Virus record (IMG/VR): IMGVR_UViG_3300045125_000168
Location: 124,001 to 188,000 of that record
Reading direction: 5' to 3' (one strand)
Length of the DNA stretch: 64,000 nucleotides
Every line of letters begins with the position of its first letter. Position 1 is the stretch's first letter. The position numbers were made by a program, and so were the translations under genes. Below the pieces are notes generated by a model that was given only the letters and a program-made list of their open reading frames with translations, made no database searches and was not told where the DNA came from. Shown piece by piece: positions 1 to 10,405 of this stretch.

Positions 1-158
1 CATTGTGGGTGATCTCGAACGTAGTCTAAAACCTCGGAAGACCGAGGGCCTCGATCGATCAGATCACCCACAAAGATGATGTCATCCTGGTTAGGCAGCT
101 TTTTTATTAAGGCTTGCAGGGTTTTTAAACAGCCGTGAACATCGCCTATAATAAACAA
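1..158 (-). CDS. Metallophosphoesterase / Ser-Thr phosphatase (PrpA/NinI-like), runs off the window edge
   Basis: Manual translation MFIIGDVHGCLKTL...IFVGDLIDRGPRS contains the GDxHG and GDLxDRG motifs. Confidence 0.85.
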   Translation of the reverse strand, partial: MFIIGDVHGCLKTLQALIKKLPNQDDIIFVGDLIDRGPRSSEVLDYVRDHPQ

Positions 159-180
159 GTGCTTTCCCTTTCATCAGCCA

Positions 181-897
181 TCAGCCCCAATCGGCCTCGT
201 AGGATGTCGCGGACGGTTCGTTCCCCGTGGAGAACAAAGCGCCTTGCTTCATCGGACCTGAGGTGCGGTAGTTTCCGGTTTGTAGAGCCTCGGTGGCAAA
301 CTCTTTCGCTTCTCTCAGGAAGGCTCCTGCAAGCAGGAATTGCAGATCTTCTTCCGTCAACTCGCCACGGTGGATTTCGAGTTCGGAGGCGAGGGAGTTA
401 CCGTCCATCTCACCTGCTGCAACCCGTTGCTCCCAAGCCTGCATTTTCGGGTGCAAAGTGATTTGCGCGGCATCGACATTTGGGTTTTCAGTAGAACTGT
501 TTGCTGCTTGCGTCAGACTGACCGATTCCATGAGATTGGATTTACGTTCGCTTGCGGTTCCAGCGGTAAATTCCGAAGCATTCAAGCGAGCGTACTCAGC
601 CCGTCCTTTGGGACTGTTCAACATACTGAGGGCTTCTTTTTCGTCGATAATCCGCAGGATATTTTTTCGCAAGCTGTTGCGAATTTCCACGGAGGTTTCC
701 AAAATCCCACGGGGTAGAATGTCTGTCAGACAGTAGGGAATCCAAGTCTTTTGGAGTTCCAGTTTCACTTGTCTACCAGAGGTTGGATCGCTAACGGTGC
801 AGACAAAAAGGCCACGGGGTTCGGTATTGTTGATAACGTACACAGATTTGTCTTGACGAAGAGCGGTCTCAAACTTGGTGAGATTGTTGAAATCCAT
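181..897 (-). CDS. Hypothetical phage protein, possibly virion-associated
   Basis: 238-aa ORF with RBS-like AAAAGGG upstream. Confidence 0.6.
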   Translation of the reverse strand: MDFNNLTKFETALRQDKSVYVINNTEPRGLFVCTVSDPTSGRQVKLELQKTWIPYCLTDILPRGILETSVEIRNSLRKNILRIIDEKEALSMLNSPKGRAEYARLNASEFTAGTASERKSNLMESVSLTQAANSSTENPNVDAAQITLHPKMQAWEQRVAAGEMDGNSLASELEIHRGELTEEDLQFLLAGAFLREAKEFATEALQTGNYRTSGPMKQGALFSTGNEPSATSYEADWG

Positions 898-1006
898 GAG
901 CGGTCCCTTTTAATGAAATGTTAAAACTATGATAAAGCCAAAAATCAATTTCGGCATTATTTAATGTGCGCATATTCAGCGCATTTGGTTAAGATCATCG
1001 CCATCT

Positions 1007-1306
1007 TCACGAGCTTGTCGCGAGAAATGCCTTTGATAAGGAGGGGGAGTTCATCTCAAGATGCTTGCCGTTACCTTCATTCAGTAGAGAGAAAATATCC
1101 CAAGCCTTAAGAGATTGCTCCTCAACGCACTTTAGGATTTCGTGTAAGACCTTGGCTTCGTCACGTATCTCTTCAGCAGTACGACCTGTTTGCAATTCAG
1201 TTTGCCAGTTTTCGTCAGAGGCGCTTCCAGGGGAAAGATCGATGCTATTAGGTCCGTCCTCAGCTTGAAGAAGATACTTATTCTTCACGTGGTCGTAAAA
1301 GCGCAT
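1007..1306 (-). CDS. Leader-bearing hypothetical protein
   Basis: Starts MRFYDHVKNKYLLQAE; GAGG RBS; AAGATT at 1338-1343. Confidence 0.6.
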   Translation of the reverse strand: MRFYDHVKNKYLLQAEDGPNSIDLSPGSASDENWQTELQTGRTAEEIRDEAKVLHEILKCVEEQSLKAWDIFSLLNEGNGKHLEMNSPSLSKAFLATSS

Positions 1307-1367
1307 AGTCGTTCCTCTTGTTGATTCCTAAAAATATAATCTTTGGTAAGACCTCAAAAAAGGGTAA

Positions 1368-1917
1368 TCAATCGATCGTGCCCTTAGGGCTACTGATAGC
1401 ACAGTCGTAATTATCCGCGATAAATTGTGCTCCATAATGAATTGATTTTACAATTTCGTCTTCAAGAGCGACGATTTCGGGGTCTCCAGATCGATTTTTA
1501 TTGATCTGCGGATCAGAGAAATCCCATAAACCAATCAGCATTTTCTGGATTACAATTGAGAATGCATCGGTATTTTTACGCACATCGCAGATGGTCTTGC
1601 AGAAAGTTTTTTTCTGGGCGCCCTGATCATTTGTTAGTTGGACTGGATGGGCAGGGCTATCTCGCACCCCCATCCTCGTTCCTCTTACTGCTGATTGATA
1701 GTTTTGCTAAGTCTTTTGGTTTGGGTAGGTTGTTGACTAGGGGATATGGGATCGACCTCTCTGCTGGATCTTGATCCTGACTTGGCTCTTTTGTCCTCTG
1801 TCCCGCAACCATAGAGCAGTAGGAATGGAATCAGAGATTTTCGGAACTGGTCTTCCAAGCCTCGGGTATTAAACTAGCCTCTATCCGTTCTAACTGAGCG
1901 ATGTAAGACCAAGCCAT
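1368..1917 (-). CDS. Hypothetical protein (frameshifted)
   Basis: Starts MAWSYIAQLERIEAS and appears to join ORF 1368..1673. Confidence 0.4.
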
Positions 1918-1924
1918 GTTACCC

Positions 1925-3905
1925 CTAGTGCGGAAAGTATTTTGCGTCAAAGTGCAGTGATTTGTTGTGCGGTCCATTTTCGTACTGTAGTCGCACCTGA
2001 GAACCGACAACTTGGGCAGACCAAGAGACATCTAAATCTGCTGTTTCTGCGATACGTGTCCACAAACGAAGCATTACCATTATTGGCTCCGACATAAATC
2101 GTGCCGATGCGAACATCCCCGTTCGTTTGGTCTTTTAGGCGGCACTCAATTCGTGCTCCTGCATAATCTGCACTGCTAAAACTCGCAGCCGATATATAAC
2201 CTGACTGATTCGCATCTAAAATGAGGTTGGTATCGTATTTTTCGACTAGATGTAGGCTTGTGTCCGTAGGGTCGTTTTTACCAGCAGCTTTTCTAAAAGT
2301 GGTCGCATGATTGCGAATTTCCCCATCCGGTCCAACTTTTAACCCCAGCGTCAGGCGACCCCGTGGTTTGATTTATGACGGTGGTTTCTGAATAGTTATT
2401 GACCTCTGTTTTCGATTCGTTGACTGTTATAAGAGAGACGTTGCCCTCAAGGTGGTACTCTTGATTGGTGACGTTGATGATGGTGTCTCCGCCACCTAGG
2501 GATAAGTTGTTATTATTTGCTTCAAGGTAATAATTTACGACAGTTGTTCCACCACCACCAATATCTACATCGGCATCAAAGCCAAATTTGACTTTATTGT
2601 TGTTCATCTCAATTTTGCCGCCGCCACCGCCCGTGGAGACGATTTCAAAATTGTTCTCTACATTGGTGACATAATTGGTCGTATCGATTTGGTACTGTAG
2701 TGTTTCATACGTGACATTAGAGATAGTGTTGAACTGATTGTTTATCGTGTTGTTTTGTACATCGAATTGATTATTATTTGTGATCGAGTACGTGTTGAAC
2801 TCGTTATTGTTAGTGATAGAGATGTAGGTATCCCCACCACCTCCGCCACCACCACCTCCACCGAATTTGAAACCGATTTCGTTATTGTTTGCTTGAAAAG
2901 GTCATGTCACCTGTCAAGATGGCTACGGCACCTTCCTCGACGGTGAAAGACGTGCCACCGCCTGTGGATTGCACAACCATGGTTCCATCAATAGTCGTCG
3001 TCGAATTATCGTAAAAATTGATACTGTTATCGACGGTCTCGTAGACGTTGTTAGCGGTTACAAAGACGTTGGTCGTACTGCCCGTGTTTTGTAGAGCAAG
3101 ACCGCGCACATTTTTCCATTTGGAAAGGGATGCATCATATTGCAGAAGGTCATTGTTGCTCACATCGGTGATAAGAATGTTGTCTGCACCGAAAGGCTGG
3201 GAATCGACGTATCCCTTAGTTGCGGCTTCATCTGAATTTTCTGGGGTTGGCAAATTATATATTTTTATAATTATTGCGATCTAAGTCGTAGAATAAAAAT
3301 GATTTATCTAATTTCCCATCAGGATTGGTCGAAATCACTTCATCCCATAGACCAGAACCGTCAGGAGCAGCTTCCCACACGGCCATGACGTTTTGCCATT
3401 TAGTCCCATTCCAACGCGGAAAGTCATTTATGAGAAGGTCCACAATCAGGACGTTATTATCACCGAATATTTGATTGTCTGTGTAGTTTTTTGTTGCCGC
3501 TTCAGAGGGGTCTGTTGGTTCAGGTAAGTTATAAACCGCATATCCGTCTCGGTCCAAATCGTAGTGTAAAAAGCTCGCGTCGAGTTGACCGGAGGCATTA
3601 GTGCCGATCAAGTCATAAGCCGATCCAGAGGTCGCGGTGATGGTCGGTGACGTGGATTGCCAAACCTCACCGTTCCAGGTCATGTAGTCATTTTCTGACT
3701 TACCTGACACATCGATATTATCGGAACCAAATTCTTGCGCGTTGACATAACGCACTGTGGCAAGGTTTTCCCAGCGGTCAATTTGTCGAATCTTGATCGT
3801 CCCGTCCGTGGAGCTATAGTAAAGCGATCCCTCTTCGCTGGTGGCGTTGGGATATGTTTCAAGTGGTGTAAGCTGAATGGGAGTGGAAAAACGATACAGT
3901 TTCAA
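1925..3905 (-). CDS. Fibre/virion structural protein, paralog of 6382..9204 (several frameshifts)
   Basis: Fragments 3255..3905, 2882..3253, 2293..2607 and 1925..2116. Has EAATKxYVD stalk motifs; C-terminus ETADLDVSWSAQVVG...NKSL matches ETDDLGVTWAASVSG...NKSL. Confidence 0.7.
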
Positions 3906-3936
3906 AGTATTTCATGATTAGTAGCTCCAGTAGACT

Positions 3937-4143
3937 TTAAGAACAAAGCATCGATTTAAGAACAGAAAGAACCGCTTTGCGAACCTTCTCTTTGTTAGCG
4001 TTATGCTTACTCACCAATCTTTCCACCAGAAGTTTCAATTCGACATCTTTCAAAATGGCCTCGGATTCCTGAATAGCATATTGAATCACCAAAGGTTCTT
4101 TTGAAATTTCCGCGAACAGTAGATCATCTTTGTGACTTTTCAT
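3937..4143 (-). CDS. Hypothetical protein
   Basis: 68-aa ORF overlapping the upstream stop. Confidence 0.45.
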   Translation of the reverse strand: MKSHKDDLLFAEISKEPLVIQYAIQESEAILKDVELKLLVERLVSKHNANKEKVRKAVLSVLKSMLCS

Positions 4144-4463
4144 GTACAGTTCGGTGGTAACGTCATAAATCTCTTTTCTAAAGAATAAATATCTTTAGCT
4201 CCAAATAGAATGCGACAAACACTGTCCAGGTGATACAGGTTAGTGTAATCAAGCTGCACAGGGTTTTGACCGGGAAATTTTACAATCGCGTAATCTTCCT
4301 CGATTTCGACGACAAAAGCCGCTTGCGATGAGTCGCCCATCTTAATCAGGTATGCGGTCGATGCTCCTCGATTTTCAACGGAAACATACGTTTCGTTGTC
4401 GAGGTCAACCACACGGAAAAGGGAAGGAGCTTCTTCCATTAGAGCCAAGTATCCTAAAAGCAA
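4140..4463 (-). CDS. Hypothetical protein
   Basis: 107-aa ORF in the same gene run. Confidence 0.45.
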   Translation of the reverse strand: MLLGYLALMEEAPSLFRVVDLDNETYVSVENRGASTAYLIKMGDSSQAAFVVEIEEDYAIVKFPGQNPVQLDYTNLYHLDSVCRILFGAKDIYSLEKRFMTLPPNCT

Positions 4464-4499
4464 AAAGGATGATTTGAAAAAAGTATATTAAGTTTTCGC

Positions 4500-5100
4500 A
4501 GAAGACGCGAGACATATTGTCAAGGAAAAGTTGACGCTCACAGATTTCAATCAAAGTATGAATCACTTTGATGTGAAGTTCTTGAATCCGATCAGACCAC
4601 GGACTTCCCGTCATGTGCGTTGCAATCGTGATGTCCGCCAATTTTTCAAGCAGGGTATCTTTTTTCCCGTCAACGCTATGACCTTCGCGCCCTTTGCCGC
4701 CGCAGCACAGGCGGCTTTCAGCACATTCGGGCTTTTGCCACTGGTACTGATCGCCAGAAGCACGTCCCCTGCTTGAGCATGAGCTTCCACAAACCGTGAA
4801 AAAACATAGTCATAACCGTAGTCGTTAGCCACACAACTCAGGTGAGCGGGGTCACTGATCGCAAGCGCAGGCAGCGGCTCACGTTCCGCACGAGAAACTT
4901 TCCCGAAAGCTCCTCGGCAAAGTGCATCGCGTCCGACATCGACCCACCATTACCGCAACTGTAGACATGATTGCCGCGACGGAGGGCTTCCACCAAAAGA
5001 TCCCCGCTTGCACAACGGCATCGATCACCTGTTGGTCTTGAGCCATTGCTTGAGCAGCATCAGCCGCCTGCTTGAAGGCGGCAGAAACAAGGTCACGCAT
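4500..5100 (-). CDS. gmhA: Phosphoheptose (sedoheptulose-7-phosphate) isomerase, frameshifted
   Basis: [47 protein letters not shown] and [12 protein letters not shown] across frames; 3' end approximate. Confidence 0.9.
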
Positions 5101-5710
5101 ATTTTTTATTCCTTTGAAGGGGCTGCGGGTATTTTGCCGCGACTTGTCTGAAAAAGGAAGAGATAGGTGTGACATCGAGGACGTTTTCATCTTTAAGTTC
5201 GTCTTCGGTCATTCGTCGTGTGGGGCTTTGAGGTGCTGGTGCCTGGGGTTGCGGGTCCGGTAGAGCCCTCAGGCGGTTCAAGGCTCGGGAAAGCCCACTG
5301 TCGGTTCCTGAGTGGTCTGTCAAAGAAATCTGATTTTTGCGCTTAATCCGCAACGCTTCATTTTTAACGTCCTCAAAACCTTTCATAAAGGTCTCTTTCT
5401 TGAGGTTTTGATAATGATGCATCATCGGAGTGAAGACCCGCACATAAAATTGCCAGAGTTTGTCGCGGTCTTTCTCGGGAACATCCGGGCGCGTCAACGT
5501 GTTGACGATCTCGTAAAGAGTCCCGTCTTTGATGATTTCGATCTCTGCCTCAACGTGCCAAGCATGAAGAGCATCAAAAGTTTGCTTGGCCATGCCAGGA
5601 TCAATATTTGTCCCCATTGCTTTGTAGAGCAGCATATAAAATTTGTGCAAAAGGTCTTTTTTGGCGACGAGGGCCTGTTGGTTGGCTCGACGGGAAGGCA
5701 GATTGGACAT
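5093..5710 (-). CDS. Hypothetical protein with a leader-like motif near its C-terminus
   Basis: 205-aa ORF; SSFFRQVAAKYPQ near the end; AAGATT 31 nt upstream. Confidence 0.6.
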   Translation of the reverse strand: MSNLPSRRANQQALVAKKDLLHKFYMLLYKAMGTNIDPGMAKQTFDALHAWHVEAEIEIIKDGTLYEIVNTLTRPDVPEKDRDKLWQFYVRVFTPMMHHYQNLKKETFMKGFEDVKNEALRIKRKNQISLTDHSGTDSGLSRALNRLRALPDPQPQAPAPQSPTRRMTEDELKDENVLDVTPISSFFRQVAAKYPQPLQRNKKYA

Positions 5711-5766
5711 AAAAAAATCCCTCTCATAAGTTTGGAACCAAATCTTATGAGAGAGAGGTCGAGTGA

Positions 5767-6252
5767 CTACAGCATACCGAGAAAAACCACGACATAGTGA
5801 CGATTGACCTCAGCGACACCCATTTGCATCATGTTGTAATTAAGAAGAATACGCGAGGTATCTAGGCGCTTGGTCCAGGCATCGACTGCTTGCTTGGCGG
5901 TGAGATAATTGCATCCGATAATCTCAGCGGTCGCCGCACCTCGACACCCACGAATACGCTGGGATAGATCTGAGCCATCGGACCCGTGGTTGCTACACAT
6001 ATTTTTGGGACCAATATCCCAAGCATGACGTAGGGCAGCACAGGTCAGGGTCTCGTTCATAGTCAACTCGGGCAAGCCACGGACTCGCCTTGCAAGGTTG
6101 ACCTCCTCAAAAAGCTGAGTTGGGTCTGGTCCTGGGTAAGGCGTAGGCAAGGGGCTTGGAACGCTTGGCCCTTCGGTAACCACAGAAGGGGATTCTTCTC
6201 TTGAACAACTAACAAAAAACATCAGACCCAAGCACAAGAGGAAATGCTTCAT
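5767..6252 (-). CDS. CAP/SCP-domain lipoprotein
   Basis: Lipoprotein-type signal MKHFLLCLGLMFFVSC; VNLARRVRGLPEL, AALRHA, HGSDGS, AVDAW, MGVA. Confidence 0.8.
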   Translation of the reverse strand: MKHFLLCLGLMFFVSCSREESPSVVTEGPSVPSPLPTPYPGPDPTQLFEEVNLARRVRGLPELTMNETLTCAALRHAWDIGPKNMCSNHGSDGSDLSQRIRGCRGAATAEIIGCNYLTAKQAVDAWTKRLDTSRILLNYNMMQMGVAEVNRHYVVVFLGML

Positions 6253-6267
6253 AACGACTTGCTCCCT

Positions 6268-6306
6268 AAAAAAACCGTTGGCAGGTGTGTCGCCACACCC
6301 ACCAAC
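6268..6306 (-). terminator. Rho-independent terminator
   Basis: GTTGGTGGGTGTG-GCGA-CACACCTGCCAAC followed by a T-run, downstream of the fibre gene. Confidence 0.75.
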
Positions 6307-6381
6307 CAATCTTGAGTTTGAACCTTTGTGAAATTCCAGGTTACGTGGATGTGAGTCTCCACGCAACCTAAATATTCCAAA

Positions 6382-9204
6382 TTAGGCCAAGAAACGCTTG
6401 ATTTCAGCACTCAGAGACTTGTTCCCAGCGCCAGCCGTGTAAAGAAACTCCACATTACCACCAGACACGGAGGCGGCCCAGGTGACACCAAGGTCGTCCG
6501 TTTCAGAGAAGGTATCCGTGAAGGAAACCACCCCAGCCGAGTTGGAGACCAACATAGTTCCGACGCGAATCTTACCAGAAGAGTCGTCCTTCAGGTGATA
6601 GCTCACCACGCAACCAGAGTAGGTTGCGACAGGGTAAGAGAGGGCTGCCAACACCGTGTTGGACGATCCTCCAGCCAAAGCCATCGCGTCCTTGTAACGA
6701 TAATCGACATACCGAGCTTCGTTTGCGGGGTCGGCTAACTTGATGCCGGAAGCACCCGAAACGAGGAGGCCACCTGTCGCACTGACTTTGAGCTTCTCAG
6801 ACCCTGCGATGACGACTGCACCATCAACCGACGTGGTGGTGATGAGCGCATCCGAGCCATCACCGTCTTGCTCATAGGCTTTTTGCAGTGTCAAACCAAA
6901 AGCAGCAGAATCGACGTAGGACTTGGTTGCCACGTCAGAAGACGCTACCGGAGCACCAACATTGGAAATCGGGTATCCACCCATGTTGATGTTGTACTGA
7001 AGGAAGCTGGTGGCCAGAAGACCGGAAGCGTCCGTCATCAGGATTTTGCCTGCATCGGTTGCTCCTGAGGTCGCACTAATCGCACTCTCGTTTTCCCACT
7101 TGCCCGAGGTGCTGTTGTAGCGGAGCAGTTGGTTATCTGCCAAAGACGACAGACCGACATCGCTCAAGCCACTCAGGGCCAAGGTGTTCCAAGAGAGGTT
7201 GCCCGAACCATCGTTGACCAAAGCGTGGTTCGCACTCGCCGCTTGGGCCGCAGGAAACGAATAGGACACGTTATTGATCTTGGTCAAATCACCAGAGGCA
7301 GAGACACTGAACTTACCACTTCCAGCGGTGAACATACTGACAACTTCAGCACCTTTGTTCGCCGTGACTGACAACTTCTCAGAACCTGCGATGACGACTG
7401 CACCATCAACGGAGTTAGTCGTGATGATAGCATCACCACCGTTTACGTCTTGAGAGTACATGTCTTGCAGAGTCTTCGCATCCACATAACCTTTGTTCGC
7501 GGCATCCGTCGAAGCCACGGGTGCGGCAACTCCAGATAGGACGTTTCCGCCAAGGTTGACGTTATACTGAAGGAAGCTAGTGTCCAAACGGCCAGAGGCA
7601 TCCGACATGAGGATCTTGCCCGCATCAGCCGTACCCGCAGTGGCACTGATCGCACTCTCATTTTCCCACTTGCCCGAGGTGCTGTTGTAGCGGAGAAGCT
7701 GATTGTCCGACAAGGAAGTGAGGCTGAGATCGCTCAATTCGCTGACGGCCAAGGCACCCCAGGTCAAATTACCGGAACCATCATTGACCAAGGCATAATT
7801 AGAAACAGTGGCTTGTGCCGCAGGAAAGGAATACGAGACGTTATTGATCTTCGTCACGTTCCCAGAAGCAGACACGCTGAATTTGCCACTACCCGCACTG
7901 AACATACTGAGCACTTCGGCACCACTTGCCGCAGTGACAGAAAGTTTTTCGGAACCAGCAATCACCACCGCACCATCAACGGAGTTAGTCGTGATTGTTG
8001 CGTCAGAACCGTTGGCATCTTGGTCATAGATGATTTGCAGCGTCAAGCGATCAACATAGGCTTTGTTGGCAGCGTCGGTTGAAGCAACCGGAGTTGCAAC
8101 GCCAGATAGGACGTTTCCACCGAGATTGACGTTGTACTGCAAAAAGGAAGAGTCAAGATAACCTGCACCATTGGTGGTGACCACACTATAAGCGGAACCA
8201 GAGGTGCTAACAGGAGCTTCATTGACCCACTTGCCGATTGCCGAGTCGTAGCGAATCAGTTGACCATCTTGCAGGTTGGTCAGCATAAAGTCGTTCAAGA
8301 CATCAGATGAGAAATTCTTCCACGAAAGATTACCCGAGCCATCGTTCAGCAGCAGGTAGCCGCTACCAGAGGCTTGGGTGGTCGGGAAGCTATAAGACAC
8401 GTTGTTGATCTTGGTCAGGTCACCGCTCAAAGACACTCGGAAAGCACCGGACGAACCCACGGCCAACCCACTCGCCACCGACGCGGTTGTTCCGACGTAC
8501 AGGTTCGTTCCGATCGAGGCGTTTCCACCGACGTTCAGACCTTGGCTAACAGAAGCAGACGTCGTGACGCTGAGTCCACCCGTGGCCGTGATCGAGAGGC
8601 TTTCCGAACCTTCGATGATGACGGGGCCTTTAGCCGAGGTGGTGGTGATGGTAGCACCAAACATATAGGCGTTCTGGAGCGATTTACCTGCACCGGATAC
8701 CTGCGTCCACTCAATCTCGCTAACACCCATGGTAGCCGCAGAGTCAGGCGCGGTTACAACCCAAGCGGTTCCTGCATACACGTCACCGCCTTTGACGAAT
8801 ACATACTCCCCACCGTTGACTTCAATACCATCATCGAAATCGGCAGTGCGGACGAGGCTTCCTGCAACTACTTTGTAAATACCGTTTTGAGTTTTATTGG
8901 TCTGGGCACGAACCAATACGCGGTCGTTTTCTGCAAGCGTTACACCGTCAACCGATGCAGGCGCAGAAGCGAGCGAGATATTGCCTGTCGTGGCCGCTTC
9001 CACGCTTTCCTTGGGGTCGAAACCCGCAGCAACGGAATCCACGTAAGAACGAGAAGCAATGTTTTGCCACTGGTTATTCTCGTAGATTTTGAAATAGTTG
9101 TCGCTCGTGTTGTAGTACATCGTCCCGTTTGTGGCGGGATTGGGAGCGACACTCAGGGTGCCAATGCGGATCGCTGTACCGTGCTTCAAAATGTTCTTTG
9201 CCAT
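6382..9204 (-). CDS. Long fibre/virion structural protein with three ~190-aa repeats
   Basis: 940 aa; N-terminal YVDS...KESVEAAT...DRVLVRAQT...QNGIY phage structural domain; repeated STDAANKxYVD stalk motifs. Confidence 0.8.
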   Translation of the reverse strand: MAKNILKHGTAIRIGTLSVAPNPATNGTMYYNTSDNYFKIYENNQWQNIASRSYVDSVAAGFDPKESVEAATTGNISLASAPASVDGVTLAENDRVLVRAQTNKTQNGIYKVVAGSLVRTADFDDGIEVNGGEYVFVKGGDVYAGTAWVVTAPDSAATMGVSEIEWTQVSGAGKSLQNAYMFGATITTTSAKGPVIIEGSESLSITATGGLSVTTSASVSQGLNVGGNASIGTNLYVGTTASVASGLAVGSSGAFRVSLSGDLTKINNVSYSFPTTQASGSGYLLLNDGSGNLSWKNFSSDVLNDFMLTNLQDGQLIRYDSAIGKWVNEAPVSTSGSAYSVVTTNGAGYLDSSFLQYNVNLGGNVLSGVATPVASTDAANKAYVDRLTLQIIYDQDANGSDATITTNSVDGAVVIAGSEKLSVTAASGAEVLSMFSAGSGKFSVSASGNVTKINNVSYSFPAAQATVSNYALVNDGSGNLTWGALAVSELSDLSLTSLSDNQLLRYNSTSGKWENESAISATAGTADAGKILMSDASGRLDTSFLQYNVNLGGNVLSGVAAPVASTDAANKGYVDAKTLQDMYSQDVNGGDAIITTNSVDGAVVIAGSEKLSVTANKGAEVVSMFTAGSGKFSVSASGDLTKINNVSYSFPAAQAASANHALVNDGSGNLSWNTLALSGLSDVGLSSLADNQLLRYNSTSGKWENESAISATSGATDAGKILMTDASGLLATSFLQYNINMGGYPISNVGAPVASSDVATKSYVDSAAFGLTLQKAYEQDGDGSDALITTTSVDGAVVIAGSEKLKVSATGGLLVSGASGIKLADPANEARYVDYRYKDAMALAGGSSNTVLAALSYPVATYSGCVVSYHLKDDSSGKIRVGTMLVSNSAGVVSFTDTFSETDDLGVTWAASVSGGNVEFLYTAGAGNKSLSAEIKRFLA
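6800..8420 (-). repeat. Internal coding repeats, period ~570 bp
   Basis: CCCACTTGCCCGAGGTGCTGTTGTAGCGGAG recurs at ~7095 and ~7665, with a diverged third copy near 8230. Confidence 0.8.
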
Positions 9205-9250
9205 ACCAATAGCCCTTTAAAAAAATAACAAGGTTTAAGTAGCAAAGTAG

Positions 9251-9532
9251 CTAAATAGAGGTGTCCACTCTGGCACCATGAGCCAAGAGATGTGACCAAC
9301 GCTTGACGAAAGCTGCTCGCAGCACTTCGTCCTCAACGCTCGCGGCTAAAAGACATCCGAGCTTGTAAGACACGCTGCCCCCGAGGTCTGCTAACGGCAG
9401 ACCTAATTTTGAGGCGGTGCTCAAAAATGTATGCAACTCCTTTGAAAACGTGAGGAGAAGTCTCAACTCACGGTCAACTGGAGTCGATGTCCTTTTAAAA
9501 AGTAATCGCAGAAGCCGCATGAGTAATCCCAA
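9251..9532 (-). CDS. Hypothetical protein
   Basis: 93-aa ORF; AAGATT at 9557-9562. Confidence 0.4.
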   Translation of the reverse strand: MGLLMRLLRLLFKRTSTPVDRELRLLLTFSKELHTFLSTASKLGLPLADLGGSVSYKLGCLLAASVEDEVLRAAFVKRWSHLLAHGARVDTSI

Positions 9533-9639
9533 GTAAGCTGAAGTGGCGCAATTTTGAATCTTATCGACGCAATTTTGGCATCTTGAAAAGATGAGAAAGA
9601 AGAAGTAAAGAGAGGCTCTCTTCAGGAAGGGAGATTTTC

Positions 9640-10078
9640 ATGCGAGTTTTGGCGTTTTTCATGTTTCTTCTGTCTTTTCCGGCCTATGCAGGAATCGATT
9701 GCAACACAAACTGCGAGTCTTGGGCAGGCTTCAATTACCCTGTCCAAATTGGCGCAATCCGACCAAGGTTTGCCGAGGCACCGAGCCTACGACCTATGCG
9801 ATGTGTGCGACCGCCAAAGTGGCGTCCTGTGAGGTTTGGGCTCAAGCCGTTGATTTTGTGAGTGAAAAAGTGAAGCCCATGCTTGAGAAAGATTTCAACG
9901 CACAAGTGTGGGCACAGGCTACCTCGGACGGGGAACGCTCCGAATATATGATTAAGTGCGAAGCGGCTTTTATTGCGGTAGCTGCGGCGTTGGGCGCGGA
10001 ACTGGGCGGGCCTTGGGGGCTGCCGTGACCGGAGGGGTCGGCACTTTCGTGGGCTTCCAAATTTGCAACCAATCGACA
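9640..10078 (+). CDS. Secreted Cys-rich protein (frameshifted)
   Basis: Signal peptide MRVLAFFMFLLSFPAYA, continuing in frame 9699..10028. Confidence 0.5.
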
Positions 10079-10091
10079 AAGTGGTGATCTT

Positions 10092-10370
10092 ATGTATTAT
10101 CTAATCGGTTTTATCTTGACCTTGCTTATCAACGGTTGCCTTTCGGCCTCGCTGGAACGCGACCAAGGTGACCTCAAGACCATCGGGTACTACACAGGCT
10201 CTCTCGTGAAGGATGAGGGAATGTATCGCTCCCAGTTTGAGGGCGGAGCCTCCAAAGCCTGCAACGGCAAAAAATACGAAGTTTTAGAAAGAACTCGCAA
10301 TCCGTCTACTTTGAGCGGCATGGACCTGCCAAGCTCGAAGTTCTACTGGGTCATACGCTGCGAAAAATAA
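10092..10370 (+). CDS. Small lipoprotein
   Basis: Hydrophobic N-terminus ending LINGC. Confidence 0.6.
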   Translation: MYYLIGFILTLLINGCLSASLERDQGDLKTIGYYTGSLVKDEGMYRSQFEGGASKACNGKKYEVLERTRNPSTLSGMDLPSSKFYWVIRCEK

Positions 10371-10380
10371 CATGCCCGCA

Positions 10381-10405
10381 GAACCCGCTTCCCTAGCGGG
10401 TTTTT
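10381..10405 (+). terminator. Terminator between convergent genes
   Basis: AACCCGCT-TCCCT-AGCGGGTTTTT. Confidence 0.7.

Noticed and set aside
6800-8420. Fibre repeats as a DGR template/variable pair
   Set aside because: The repeats are in-frame coding units without evident adenine-specific variation, and no reverse transcriptase is present in the window.
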